DNA of 64,000 nt. Source: a bacterium (GTDB lineage Bacteria > Patescibacteriota > Minisyncoccia > Phycocordibacterales > UBA6899). Position 1 is the first letter of the stretch; each line of letters begins with the position of its first letter. Where the stretch lies: positions 27,259 through 91,258 of the forward strand of contig JAYUQG010000024.1 of assembly GCA_043756865.1 (NCBI GenBank). The letters are read 5' to 3'. Below are positions 28,769 to 38,948 of this stretch, piece after piece. A program made the position numbers and the translations under genes. The notes beneath the pieces are model-generated. The model worked only from the letters and a program-made list of their open reading frames with translations. It was not told where the DNA came from and searched no databases.

Positions 28769-29293
28769 ATGCATGATTACGTTCCAGATCCCGTGTTTGC
28801 CAAGGCAATGCACAAGGAAATTGTTTCAGCCATCCCGTTTCTTCCCCGACAGGCAGTCAAGCTAATTCCTGAGTCGGCGCGCGAGGCAGCGGTGACGCTC
28901 GCGCTCGCGCAGGTCATTCCGCTGTCATTTGGGTCAATCGCACTGTCACAAGTGTCGGGTGCCACGATACGCCTCACGCGCTCAGGTGACCTCGAAGCCG
29001 ATGTAAAGCAGAGTTTAATTCGGCGCATTGCACTCTGGCTAGCGGCCGATGAAGCGTCAGGTATTACCTTCGCCCTCCAGCATGAAATCGTGCGTCTTGC
29101 CACGGAAGAGTTTGGGACTGATTCGTGGAGGCTTTCCATTCAAGAAGAGGAGGCGGTGCTTACGGTCATGGACACGTCGATGCTTCGTGAGTCCGCAGAC
29201 ACCGTCATGGATGTGTTCTTCAATTCATTTGAAACCCTGAAGGGCATCACCCAGAAGTTCTCGCGGTTCTTCACACGTAAAGACAAAGACTGA
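28769..29293 (+). CDS. Hypothetical protein
   Basis: 174-aa ORF behind a TTGACA-N17-TAATTT promoter. Confidence 0.6.
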   Translation: MHDYVPDPVFAKAMHKEIVSAIPFLPRQAVKLIPESAREAAVTLALAQVIPLSFGSIALSQVSGATIRLTRSGDLEADVKQSLIRRIALWLAADEASGITFALQHEIVRLATEEFGTDSWRLSIQEEEAVLTVMDTSMLRESADTVMDVFFNSFETLKGITQKFSRFFTRKDKD

Positions 29294-29373
29294 CCCACTC
29301 GCCACACGGCGAGTTTTTTGCACAAATAGTTCACCCCACACAGTGTGCGGGGCGTTGGCGCTAATGCGCTTGT

Positions 29374-29763
29374 TTATTTAAATGGTTTTACTTGAAAAGT
29401 AAACAGCGAGTCCATTATATAGCTCCACACCCCCGCTAGTAAGGTCGCGTAAATGCGTGCAGTCAAAAACGATGTGTGTGCTAATTCGACGAATCCCGCG
29501 GTAACACAAAGGACGATTACAATTGTCCCCACCTCGACGAGCGCGGCGCGGAAGAGCCCATTTCTTGTCTGGGTTTCAGGTTTTTTGAATGTCCACCCGC
29601 GATTAATAAAAAAACTGATTGTGACATGGAGTGTAAAACCTGCGAGGGTCGCAAGCAAATAGTGGAGGCCAAGTTCCGTTAGCATCCATGCTAAAGCGAG
29701 GTTGAGTGGAAGCAATAGCGTATTCACACTGATATATTTCATCATTCTTCGAATGGGAAGCAT
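29374..29763 (-). CDS. GtrA family membrane protein
   Basis: Four TM helices, SFFINRGWTF and C-terminal FTF. Confidence 0.8.
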   Translation of the reverse strand: MLPIRRMMKYISVNTLLLPLNLALAWMLTELGLHYLLATLAGFTLHVTISFFINRGWTFKKPETQTRNGLFRAALVEVGTIVIVLCVTAGFVELAHTSFLTARIYATLLAGVWSYIMDSLFTFQVKPFK

Positions 29764-29887
29764 CCCGTACTCCTGTTTGTGGCAATCTCTTATCTCACGC
29801 TCTCATCTGTTCATTGTGCAGTCAACGAAATAACCGAAGTTCATTTATTTCTGTTAGAATGAATATTATTCATTAACTTGAGACTAC

Positions 29888-30070
29888 ATGGCGCATTATA
29901 TATGTACGGGCGGATGCATGGGTAAATCAGAAGTAGTTGGGGTTTGTGGCGTAGAAACATGCCCCAAGCATGGCGCTCCTCTTGAGGAGTGCACATGTGT
30001 TGATGGCAAGCATTTTGGTAAGCAGGATCAAGACGCACCACAAGAAGCGGCGGTTGAAGTTAAGGAGTAG
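29888..30070 (+). CDS. Small Cys-rich putative metal-binding protein
   Basis: CTGGC, C-x4-C-x2-H, CTC-x4-H in 60 aa; terminator follows. Confidence 0.7.
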   Translation: MAHYICTGGCMGKSEVVGVCGVETCPKHGAPLEECTCVDGKHFGKQDQDAPQEAAVEVKE

Positions 30071-30130
30071 TCAGACTTGTACAAAATGCCCCGCAATTCA
30101 TTGCGGGGCATTTGTGTTTCGCATATCGAT

Positions 30131-30430
30131 TTACAATGTTGAGTTGGGAACAAACGGCTTACTTGCGAGGATAAGTTTTTCTGCAACCGCGAGTACGCGT
30201 TTTTCCTCACCTTCTTTTGGTGTGATGCCCATATAGCGCGTCTCTTCGTTCATGAGATGTTCGCAAAGCTCTTCTGGAGTGCGTCCTTGGTTCAAGAGTG
30301 CGTACACTCCCGGCACATAACCCTCATAGTCATCGGGCTCTTTTTTCCCCGTGTGTACTCCAACGGGATTCCAGTCATCCTTGAGGATTTTCTTGATGAT
30401 TGCCCAATGTTCTACTCGCTCGCTCTTCAT
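30131..30430 (-). CDS. Hypothetical protein (DUF1871/YugE-like)
   Basis: WNPVGV....DDYEGY motif. Confidence 0.6.
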   Translation of the reverse strand: MKSERVEHWAIIKKILKDDWNPVGVHTGKKEPDDYEGYVPGVYALLNQGRTPEELCEHLMNEETRYMGITPKEGEEKRVLAVAEKLILASKPFVPNSTL

Positions 30431-30522
30431 GAAGTCAATATAGCACCTTTAAAGAAAAAAAGTCTGCAAATTCATATTATTTCACATTCAGTCAATATTA
30501 TATGATGGGTTCACGTTAAAAA

Positions 30523-30903
30523 TTAGGTGCCCCTAGGCTTATTTGGAAACGAATTTTTTATCATGAATTCCTCGACAGGGACACCACCTATCAGGTGCTC
30601 GTTGACGATGCGCTCGAGGTTGGCGGGAGTGCATGAATGATACCAGACACCGTCAGGGTACACGACGGCAATGGGGCCCTTCTGGCAGATGCGCAGACAG
30701 TTGGCCTTGGTGCGATAGATACTGCCGTTCTGCGAGCGGTTGAGTTCAATAAGGCGCTTTTTTAAATACTCCCAAGATGCGAGTCCGCTCTCTCGACTGC
30801 AGCATTTTGGAACTGTTTGATCGGCGCAGAGAAAAATGTGGCGTTCAATATTCGAAAGCCCCAAGTCGCGGGCAATTTTCTCCAGTTCTGCGTCTAGATT
30901 CAT
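30523..30903 (-). CDS. Thioredoxin-like (2Fe-2S) ferredoxin
   Basis: RHIFLC....KCC and [25 protein letters not shown]. Confidence 0.9.
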   Translation of the reverse strand: MNLDAELEKIARDLGLSNIERHIFLCADQTVPKCCSRESGLASWEYLKKRLIELNRSQNGSIYRTKANCLRICQKGPIAVVYPDGVWYHSCTPANLERIVNEHLIGGVPVEEFMIKNSFPNKPRGT

Positions 30904-30969
30904 AACGAAAAGTGTAACATATGAGTGCTTTTTTTGTGCAGAGAAAAACCCGCATTGCGGGTTTGTTGT

Positions 30970-31464
30970 TTATGCGTTTGCGATGATGCCGTCAATCCAT
31001 TCGGGAGTGAGGTCGTGAATTGTCACGCCAAGTTCTGCGAGTGTCTTGCGCTCCCACCCCGCGCCGAAAGATGATTCCCAGCCGGGGATGAACCACGCTT
31101 CTTTGATGATGCCATGGCGAAAAATGGGGTAGTAGAAGTCGTGGAGGATAGGCATATAGTACGCATCCGTACGAGCAGGGTCTTCGGCGCGCCATCGTGT
31201 TCGGAAGAAGAAGATGCGTTCTTCGTACGGTTTCTGACTGAAGATTGCGTGACCCTTCGCACGGAGTGCGTCGATTGTGCCAAGGAAAACCTTGAGGTTC
31301 ACTTCGATATTCCCACGTCCGCCGGTCGAGATTGGTCCGCAGACAACTCCACAGCCGTTTGGAAATTTTTCGAGTTCCGTGAGTGCGATGGGTACAAGCT
31401 CCGCGAAGGAGTCGGTTTGTGTGCAGCGTGTTCGGAGGTCGGCAAGGTCGGTGTCGTGATGCAT
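30970..31464 (-). CDS. Hypothetical protein, DUF4406/nucleoside deoxyribosyltransferase-like fold
   Basis: VCGPISTGG...N, FIPGWESSFGA.WE. Confidence 0.55.
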   Translation of the reverse strand: MHHDTDLADLRTRCTQTDSFAELVPIALTELEKFPNGCGVVCGPISTGGRGNIEVNLKVFLGTIDALRAKGHAIFSQKPYEERIFFFRTRWRAEDPARTDAYYMPILHDFYYPIFRHGIIKEAWFIPGWESSFGAGWERKTLAELGVTIHDLTPEWIDGIIANA

Positions 31465-31569
31465 TGGGTGCCCTAGGTGTGTGCAAGTTCTGGGGACACT
31501 TTAGCGGGTGGTGGGGGGTGTGGCAAGGGGTTGCAGTATGGGTACAAGAAAGATAATCTCGGAATACAG

Positions 31570-32370
31570 ATGAGCATAAAGGTACCTAAAGTTTACGAAC
31601 GTTGGGAGTTTGAGAATCACAGACTTCGCAAATCAACCCCACAGGATATAATTAACCAAAATATTGGGAATCGTGATGATGAAAGGAGTCAAGAGTTTTT
31701 GCTCACGCTTGCTCTCGTTTTTAATGACTTTAAGGGTCTTGTGCTAATAAACGACTCTATTAAGGGAGTGTATCGAACACCCAACCCAGAAGAAGTAACC
31801 ACACATGTAGGTGAATTAAATGGCATTCAAGTTCAAATACTAAAATTATTATTCTCGACACTTTTTGAGGCAATTGTTTTTATACGTGATTCGAAAGATG
31901 CATACACGCTCCCTCATATTCAAACATTGCTCAAATCTATCCCGGAGAGTTCCCAAATTGTTTGGGATGTATTGCGCAAAGTTGCAGATGAAGAACTAAT
32001 CGAAGACGCAAGGTTCACTGGCTACGCAGAACTTCGAGACTTGCTAAAGCTTGCGAGAAATAATGTTGGTTTTCATTATCAAACCAGAAAACGACTTGTC
32101 GCCGGATACCGTCGGTTCTTTTATGATAATAACGATATTGCCACGGAAGAATATAAAAAAATTGCATATCGCTCGACCCTCAGTGGCAACTTCGCTGATT
32201 CTCGGTATTACTATGCTGACGCAGCACTTCAGGGTTATTATCTCGAACTTTTTGGAAACCACAGAAATCCACAACAGCTTGTCGATGATACTTTTAATCT
32301 AATTGCAATGGTCGTGCATGCAATAAACGACCTGCTTATTGCGCACCACAAGTCTCTCCCTAATCGTTAG
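31570..32370 (+). CDS. Hypothetical protein with HEPN-like R-x5-H motif
   Basis: Helical protein with ARNNVGFHY; visibly more AT-rich than its neighbours. Confidence 0.55.
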   Translation: MSIKVPKVYERWEFENHRLRKSTPQDIINQNIGNRDDERSQEFLLTLALVFNDFKGLVLINDSIKGVYRTPNPEEVTTHVGELNGIQVQILKLLFSTLFEAIVFIRDSKDAYTLPHIQTLLKSIPESSQIVWDVLRKVADEELIEDARFTGYAELRDLLKLARNNVGFHYQTRKRLVAGYRRFFYDNNDIATEEYKKIAYRSTLSGNFADSRYYYADAALQGYYLELFGNHRNPQQLVDDTFNLIAMVVHAINDLLIAHHKSLPNR

Positions 32371-32388
32371 TATTGGGCAGGCTAGTTT

Positions 32389-32804
32389 GATGGCGGGTTC
32401 GGTCACGAGTTTCTAAATCTCTTGTGTATTTCGCGCACAAAAGCTTAAGAACTCTCGACTCCGACTCGGCGACACCACTCACAAGAAAGAAGGTGAGTGG
32501 CGTAAACCGCCTCCGTCTTTCGCCCTCACCATCTCCGACAAAACGCAAACCACCCAACTCTTTGCAGAGTTGGGTGGGTGTATTTGAGCGGGTTCGGCTA
32601 CAAGTCACTAAATAAATATGGAGAGATAGCGGGGAGGTCACAGATAATTTCCTCGTTGCCACTCGGAAATTTCCGCGACCCCGTCTCACCATCTCGTCTG
32701 CTGACTCGATATGGTTCCGACCGTCAAACCCCCTGCGACTTCTCAGTCGCCCCATCTCCACAATTATAAAAAGAACGCCCGTATGGGCGTTCTTTTTATA
32801 ATTG
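32389..32804 (-). repeat. Two tandem structured trailer units downstream of tmRNA, with antisense and sense copies of the tmRNA 3' end
   Basis: Antisense copies at 32723-32760 and 32529-32536; sense copies at 32619-32635, 32586-32595 and 32389-32400; shared GACGG..GAGWCGGRGTCG..GTGACC core. Confidence 0.75.
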
Positions 32805-33190
32805 TGGAGATGGCGGGTTTGACCCCGCGTCCAGCAGAGAAGAGCACAAAGGTCTACGTGCGTAGTTTGTCTCATTGATTTCATGTCGCAAGGGCTAGGC
32901 AAACAAAACCTTACGAGCACTACTCCCTTAATTTTCGTTATCGTATTCGGGTACTACGATACTTATCCTGAAAATATGACACGAAGTACGGGCCTATCAG
33001 GCGTACTCCCGCTTCGCGCCGTCTACTTAAGCGTAGGCGAAAGCGAAATTGTTAGCCTTAAAGTAAGGCGTTGCAACTCCACCGGTGCTTTTCTTGGCAC
33101 TTTCAAGTTGTTCGCGTGATTTACGAGACTACGAACATGCTCGGCACGCACATTGCACAGCAACTTCCACTGTCGAAACAGTTCATCCCC
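32805..33190 (-). ncRNA. ssrA: tmRNA; tag reading frame 33027-33098 = AKKSTGGVATPYFKANNFAFAYA*
   Basis: 5' GGGGATG pairs with 3' CATCTCCA including G3.U; TTCGAC near the 5' end; Ala-ending tag; directly downstream of smpB. Confidence 0.93.
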
Positions 33191-33278
33191 ATAAAGTGAT
33201 GCTTTCGGCGCGCTACCTGTGTAGTGTGTCCGAATACATCATTCTATAATGCGCGATACTCAAAAAAGTTTCAATGTA

Positions 33279-33749
33279 CTAGCGTAAACTCTTGCTGATT
33301 TTTTCCACACCGCGTTTGACCTCGCGGGCGATATCGCGCAATGCTTCTCGTTTCTTGATGGTCTCTCGTTTGTCTCCCTTTTTCTTTCCTCGTGCAATAG
33401 CAAAGCGGAGTTTAATAACCCGACCCTTATTATACATCGAAAGTGGCACTATTGTCAAACCTGCTTTTTCTTCCGCCGTAGATATTTCCGCCAGTTCTTT
33501 TTTGGTGAGGAGTAGTCTGCGGTTTCTTGTGGACTCATAACCGGGGGCATTTGCCGCCTGATAGGGGGGGATTTCCGCGTTCAAAAGAAATGCCTCGCCC
33601 CCACGTACGGTTATGTGCGCTCCCTCGAGCTTACCGTGGTGATCGCGTAGAGATTTCACTTCGGTGCCAAAAAGCTGGATGCCAGCCTCGAAGTGCTCGA
33701 TAATCTCATAGTCGAAATGCGCCCGCTTATGTTCAATCAGATTGGACAT
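33279..33749 (-). CDS. smpB: SsrA-binding protein
   Basis: A.FDYEI...FEAGI.L.GTEVKSLR, RRLLL.K.E, GLTIVPL and ARGKK..DKRE.IK. Confidence 0.97.
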   Translation of the reverse strand: MSNLIEHKRAHFDYEIIEHFEAGIQLFGTEVKSLRDHHGKLEGAHITVRGGEAFLLNAEIPPYQAANAPGYESTRNRRLLLTKKELAEISTAEEKAGLTIVPLSMYNKGRVIKLRFAIARGKKKGDKRETIKKREALRDIAREVKRGVEKISKSLR

Positions 33750-33791
33750 CTGGTTATCCTAGCAAAAACTGGCAGAAAATCTATGAAGAAG

Positions 33792-34364
33792 CTAATTGTC
33801 GGGACAAGTGCCCCTTGGGAACATGTCACAGAAATAGTCGCGCGTTACATTTGTGCGCCACTTCCATGGTCCTGCGCAGGAGCCACCACCAAAAGTGATT
33901 CCGTTTGCCATACGCGAGAAATCAATCTTCCATGAGCCGTATTCACGTACAAACAGAAACGGAGAAGGTCCGTCCTGCGTAAATGGGACGAAATGCACAT
34001 TTGCGATCGTGCCCGAGATGGTTTCTTGATTGGGGAGGTCCTTGTAGCACGCAACTTCTCTTTGCCATGAATCGCAGCTGGGGTTGAAATGGTTGTTCGA
34101 GTCCGCACTCATGTATCCCGACATCAATTCGGGGGCACAGGCTTCTCCGGCGGCAATGTAGCGTGCGAGCACCTGTGCGGGCGAGAGTGACTCTGAAATT
34201 GTGGGGTGTAGTCCTGTGGGGCTCACACTGGCTCCCGTCTGCGCTTGCGTCTGTTGTACGACAGTCATATTGGACAGCTGCTCAGATGTACTAAACAAAA
34301 GCGCAATAGACATGATGCCGATGAGTGCACAGGCGAGTAGCAGTGCTAGGGTAATGTTCCGCAT
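33792..34364 (-). CDS. Secreted/membrane-anchored Cys-containing hypothetical protein
   Basis: N-terminal hydrophobic anchor, six Cys, E.G.WKID. Confidence 0.6.
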   Translation of the reverse strand: MRNITLALLLACALIGIMSIALLFSTSEQLSNMTVVQQTQAQTGASVSPTGLHPTISESLSPAQVLARYIAAGEACAPELMSGYMSADSNNHFNPSCDSWQREVACYKDLPNQETISGTIANVHFVPFTQDGPSPFLFVREYGSWKIDFSRMANGITFGGGSCAGPWKWRTNVTRDYFCDMFPRGTCPDN

Positions 34365-34406
34365 ATATAGTATAGTACCATGCGCTATTTCGTCCTGTGA
34401 ACACTG

Positions 34407-36260
34407 TTATTCGTACAACCCAATTTGGTGGTCATAGAGATTGCGGTAGACGCCGTTTTTCTTCGTGAGTAGTTCAGCGTGCGTTCCGGACTCTGCAATA
34501 GCGCCTTTGTGAAAGACGAGGATATTGTCTGCACGGCGTACGGTCGAAAGTCGGTGCGCAATAATAAATGTCGTGCGGCCATTCATCAGTTTCTCCAGTG
34601 CACTTGTCACATATGACTCTGTCTGCGCATCGAGTGCGGAGGTGGGCTCGTCGAGTATAAGAATTTTGGGATTGCGGAGCATTGCACGCGCAATGGCAAC
34701 GCGCTGTTTTTGTCCGACCGAGAGTTTCACCCCACGCTCGCCTACCAGCGTATTCATGCCTTTTGGTAACTCCGCAAGGAACTCCTCGAGGTGTACAGCG
34801 CGCGCAACTTCCGCCACTGCTTCATCGGTTGCTCCCTGTGAGCCGTACCGCAAATTATATTTGAGTGAATTGTTGAAGAGGGTGACTTCTTGGGGTACCA
34901 CTGCCATCGCACTGCGTAGAGCGACCAGATCGAATGCGCGCGTGTCGACACCATCGATTCGCACGGCTCCTTCGGTGGGGAAGTAGTACCCCCCGAGTAG
35001 TCCTATGGCTGTGGATTTTCCACCGCCCGACTCACCGACCAGTGCGATGACGTCACCTGCATGCGACGTGAAGCTCATATGTGAAAGTACAACCGGACTT
35101 TTCTCGTCATAACGAAATGATACGTTATCAAACGTCACCTTTCCCGCCGAGGTGTCGGGAGTTATCGCATGTGCAGGGTGGTAGTCTTCTTGTTTCTCAG
35201 AAAGTATTTCTTCGGTGTGCACCGCGCTGGTGATGCCGTTTTGAATATTTTGCCAGCTGTAGCCGAGTTCGACGAGCGGGCCGAAGAACATGAGTGCGTA
35301 GCCGTTAACGGCAATTAACTCTCCGACACTAATCGCCTTGCTTTGAATCAACCCGACCGCAAACACAAATACACCAAGCTGTGTGGCAAAAACAATCATG
35401 CGCTGCCAGAAAGAAATGTTTGCCCAGTGTCGCTCCATGCCATTCCACGATTTGTATATGCGGGACATGTGCGTCTTCAAAATTGTGCGCTCTTCACTAT
35501 CTTCCGCCGCGGCTTGCTTCACCGTCTCCGCGGAGTGCACCTTCTCAGCGGCACGTTGCCAGCCCTCACTCCAGATGCGGTGCGCTTTGTCGTCGAGTGC
35601 GGCGATTGGTCGCAGTAATATAAAGAGAATAATGGTGTATGTCGTAACTCCCGCAAGCAGAATTCCCGCGAGCATGACATTGATACTCGCAGCGAGTGCA
35701 ATGCCAATACCCATGGAAAGGAATTGTGGGGCAATCGAAAGAATGTTGCGCACCGAGGCACTCACTCGCCATCCCGCGTTACTGATGATGTCCATTTTGC
35801 CACTCATGCTGTTTTCTTTGTGGTATGCCACAGGAAGACGCATGAGGTGAATAAAACCGGTCGCTTCGAGGTTGAGCCGCATTTTGAGCCAGACTCCCTC
35901 TTGGCGGTTGCGCATGTGCCAGTCAATCATGTTCGCCAAGAGTTGGAGAATCACCCAGAGTACCAGAAGTGCAGTCCACAGTTTTATGGAATAAAAGGCG
36001 AGGGTGTTTCCTTGCGAAAGTGCAATCAGTGCATCAAAAAATTTTCCTGTGACGTAAGGGACAGAGCCGTTTAATATAGCCGAAACAACACCGAGGATGA
36101 TGAGGAGAATCATGTCCCGCTTCCATGTCGCGATGTGCCGCCAGACGGAATTCCATGCATGTCGCGCAGTGTACGGCTTGTGATGCTTTTCTTCTTGTGC
36201 GAGGTCGAGGTCTGCGTCATCGAGGTCTTCCGCGACATCAAGTTCAGGATTGAGAAACAT
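34407..36260 (-). CDS. ABC transporter fused permease/ATP-binding protein
   Basis: GESGGGKST, LSVGQKQR, LILDEPTSALD and IIAHRLST. Confidence 0.95.
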   Translation of the reverse strand: MFLNPELDVAEDLDDADLDLAQEEKHHKPYTARHAWNSVWRHIATWKRDMILLIILGVVSAILNGSVPYVTGKFFDALIALSQGNTLAFYSIKLWTALLVLWVILQLLANMIDWHMRNRQEGVWLKMRLNLEATGFIHLMRLPVAYHKENSMSGKMDIISNAGWRVSASVRNILSIAPQFLSMGIGIALAASINVMLAGILLAGVTTYTIILFILLRPIAALDDKAHRIWSEGWQRAAEKVHSAETVKQAAAEDSEERTILKTHMSRIYKSWNGMERHWANISFWQRMIVFATQLGVFVFAVGLIQSKAISVGELIAVNGYALMFFGPLVELGYSWQNIQNGITSAVHTEEILSEKQEDYHPAHAITPDTSAGKVTFDNVSFRYDEKSPVVLSHMSFTSHAGDVIALVGESGGGKSTAIGLLGGYYFPTEGAVRIDGVDTRAFDLVALRSAMAVVPQEVTLFNNSLKYNLRYGSQGATDEAVAEVARAVHLEEFLAELPKGMNTLVGERGVKLSVGQKQRVAIARAMLRNPKILILDEPTSALDAQTESYVTSALEKLMNGRTTFIIAHRLSTVRRADNILVFHKGAIAESGTHAELLTKKNGVYRNLYDHQIGLYE

Positions 36261-36288
36261 AGAAATATTTTATCATGAGGACGGAGTA

Positions 36289-36316
36289 TTGACAATTTGA
36301 ATAATTAATGTATACT
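36289..36316 (+). promoter_or_regulatory. sigma70 promoter TTGACA-N16-TATACT
   Basis: Near-consensus boxes upstream of 36361. Confidence 0.6.
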
Positions 36317-36360
36317 ATTTTGGGGCACATCGTCTCAACTCAACACCAAGGAGTCAGCAC

Positions 36361-36768
36361 ATGACAAATGGTCTTCCTTCAAAAACTCACGCATCTATCG
36401 GTCCTACTGAAATGGAGTTGTTTGAGGAGAATCTGAGGAATATGGGTGTTCTCCACAAGCGCATCTTCCTCAAGCAGGGGGAGCTCGGCGGGGCTTTGTA
36501 TGAGCACGGATTCCATGTGGGCACACAAAGCTGCATAGCAATTTGTGTTGGATCGCTGGATTTTGTCTTTTCGCAGTCTGCTGCGTTTTACTTCGGCGAC
36601 CATGGCTACGGCCCTGCTGGTGTGCTTCTGCTTCAACGTGACAACGAAACGGGGCACTGCACCCCACGCACGTTCTACTCACCTCTCGTAAATGTGGCAA
36701 TCGACAAGGAGTGCATTGGCCTCGAGGCGCTTAAGTGCTCGTACCCGAACGCAGGCTGGCCAGCCTAA
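36361..36768 (+). CDS. Hypothetical protein
   Basis: AAGGAG SD, own promoter and terminator (about 36774-36799). Confidence 0.65.
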   Translation: MTNGLPSKTHASIGPTEMELFEENLRNMGVLHKRIFLKQGELGGALYEHGFHVGTQSCIAICVGSLDFVFSQSAAFYFGDHGYGPAGVLLLQRDNETGHCTPRTFYSPLVNVAIDKECIGLEALKCSYPNAGWPA

Positions 36769-36834
36769 GCCACGCCGCTCCACGAGAGCGGCTTTTTTGT
36801 TCGGAATCGCGCGGTGATATATAATGGCGCTACT

Positions 36835-38907
36835 ATGGATATGAACTTTAACCAAATGAAACGCGACGAGGGTGAGAAGCCGAAAGACGGTGTGCCATCC
36901 GCGCCGTCATTTTTTTCGAATATATTAACGATTCTCCTTGTCTTTTTACTCCTCGTCTCTGCATACTCGTATTTTGCTGACAAAAAAGCCAAAACCGAGA
37001 TAGTTTCACTCTCGCAACTCTCTGTTGATGTGCGTCAGGCAAAGATAGCAAAGATTGATGTCGAAGGGACAGAACTGCGCGTCGAATACCTCGACGGCAC
37101 AAAAAAGGACTCGCGCAAGGAGCTCGAGGCATCACTTTCCGACACACTAAAGAATTATGGAGTCTCTCCTGAAGAATTAGCTGCGCTCAAAATAGAGATC
37201 AAAGGCCCTTCGGGTTTTGCGTACTGGTTCTATTCGCTCGCACCGTTTCTCTTTCCGCTCCTTTTCCTCGGAGTACTCATTTGGTTCCTCACACGTCAAG
37301 TGAAACAGTCTGGTGGCATGCAGGCGTTCTCTTTCGGACAATCCAAAGCCCGCGTAATTTACCCTGACGACACTGCACAAAAAGTGACATTCAAAGATAT
37401 CGCTGGAGTGAAGGAGGCCAAAGAAGAGCTACAAGAAATAGTTGAGTTTTTGAAGCAGCCCAAAAAATTCTTGGATATTGGCGCACAGATACCAAAGGGT
37501 GTGATGCTCATGGGTGGCCCTGGTACTGGCAAGACCATGCTTGCGCGCGCAGTTGCAGGTGAAGCAGGGGTGCCGTTCTTCCACCTTTCAGGTTCTGAGT
37601 TTGTCGAAATGTTTGTTGGTGTGGGTGCGTCGCGTGTCCGTGATCTTTTTAAGATGGTAAAAAAAGAATCCCCTGCAATCATTTTTATTGATGAGATTGA
37701 TGCAGTCGGGCGTGTCCGTGGTTCGGGTGTTGGCGGTGGCAATGACGAGCGCGAGCAGACACTCAATCAGATTTTGGTTGAGATGGACGGGTTTGAGCCA
37801 ACTGAGAAGGTGATAGTCATTGCGGCGACGAATCGCCCCGACGTGCTCGACCCCGCACTACTGCGCCCTGGGCGTTTCGACCGCCGCGTGGTGCTCGACC
37901 TGCCTGACTTAAATGACCGTGAACAAATCCTACTTATTCATGCGCGGAAGAAGCCGCTTGCAGAGGACGTGAATTTGCGTGTTGTAGCGGAGCGCACCCC
38001 CGGCTTTTCGGGAGCAGACCTGTATTCACTCATGAACGAAGGTGCGATTCTTGCAGCGCGTGAAAACCGCAAAAAGGTCTCACAATACGACCTCATCCGC
38101 TCCATTGAAAAAGTAATGATTGGTCCCGAGCGCAAGAGTCACATGTTGAATACCGACGAGAAAAAAATAGTTGCATATCATGAAGGCGGACATGCACTCC
38201 TCGCATCACTATTGGCTTATGCAAACCCAGTGCACAAGATTTCAATTATTTCACGAGGTCATGCAATGGGATATACACTCAATCTTCCGACTGAAGAGCG
38301 CATATTTCAAACACGCAAAGAATTCCTCGACAACATTGTTGTTTCGCTTGGAGGGTACGTTGCTGAGCTCATGATGTTTGATGACCTGACGACCGGTCCG
38401 TCAAACGACCTTCAAAAAGCGACTGGACTCGCGCGCGATATGGTCTCGAAGTACGGCATGTCAGCAACACTTGGACCAATTGCATTTGAGGCATCAGGTA
38501 GCATGCTCTTGGGTCGCGGCGGATTCGTCGAGCGCGACTACTCGCAAGATGTAGCACGGCGTATTGATATAGAGGTAGAGAAAATCATGAATGATTCGCT
38601 CGTGCGCGCAAAAGAACTCTTGCTGAAACACAAGCCTGTACTCGATGCGATTGCTCTTGAACTCATCCGCGTTGAAACAATGGAGCGCGATGAATACGAG
38701 AAGTTGCTCGTACTCCACGGAATAAAGCCAAGCGAGAAAATGGGCGAAGAGGTATACATTGTGCCGCCCGCAAAAGCGGAAGCCGTTGCGGTGGTCACCC
38801 ATGCACCCGTGATACACAATGCAGGAGATCATGATGAAGGAAAAGGGAAGCACAGCAAAAAACAAAAACGACAAGACGAAAGTGACAGTAGCGAAAAACC
38901 GGCATAA
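36835..38907 (+). CDS. ftsH: ATP-dependent zinc metalloprotease FtsH
   Basis: Two [36 protein letters not shown] and HEGGH. Confidence 0.97.
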   Translation: MDMNFNQMKRDEGEKPKDGVPSAPSFFSNILTILLVFLLLVSAYSYFADKKAKTEIVSLSQLSVDVRQAKIAKIDVEGTELRVEYLDGTKKDSRKELEASLSDTLKNYGVSPEELAALKIEIKGPSGFAYWFYSLAPFLFPLLFLGVLIWFLTRQVKQSGGMQAFSFGQSKARVIYPDDTAQKVTFKDIAGVKEAKEELQEIVEFLKQPKKFLDIGAQIPKGVMLMGGPGTGKTMLARAVAGEAGVPFFHLSGSEFVEMFVGVGASRVRDLFKMVKKESPAIIFIDEIDAVGRVRGSGVGGGNDEREQTLNQILVEMDGFEPTEKVIVIAATNRPDVLDPALLRPGRFDRRVVLDLPDLNDREQILLIHARKKPLAEDVNLRVVAERTPGFSGADLYSLMNEGAILAARENRKKVSQYDLIRSIEKVMIGPERKSHMLNTDEKKIVAYHEGGHALLASLLAYANPVHKISIISRGHAMGYTLNLPTEERIFQTRKEFLDNIVVSLGGYVAELMMFDDLTTGPSNDLQKATGLARDMVSKYGMSATLGPIAFEASGSMLLGRGGFVERDYSQDVARRIDIEVEKIMNDSLVRAKELLLKHKPVLDAIALELIRVETMERDEYEKLLVLHGIKPSEKMGEEVYIVPPAKAEAVAVVTHAPVIHNAGDHDEGKGKHSKKQKRQDESDSSEKPA

Positions 38908-38948
38908 GAGCTTCTCTTGGTAGAAGCTTTTCTGCTGCAACGCACGAT

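Noticed and set aside
32389-32804. Possible CRISPR array or prophage att site
   Set aside because: Repeats are degenerate, of mixed orientation and irregularly spaced; no cas, integrase or phage structural genes in the window
32360-32920. 186-aa minus-strand ORF and small plus-strand ORFs
   Set aside because: They overlap the tmRNA and its structured trailer and show no protein-like motifs
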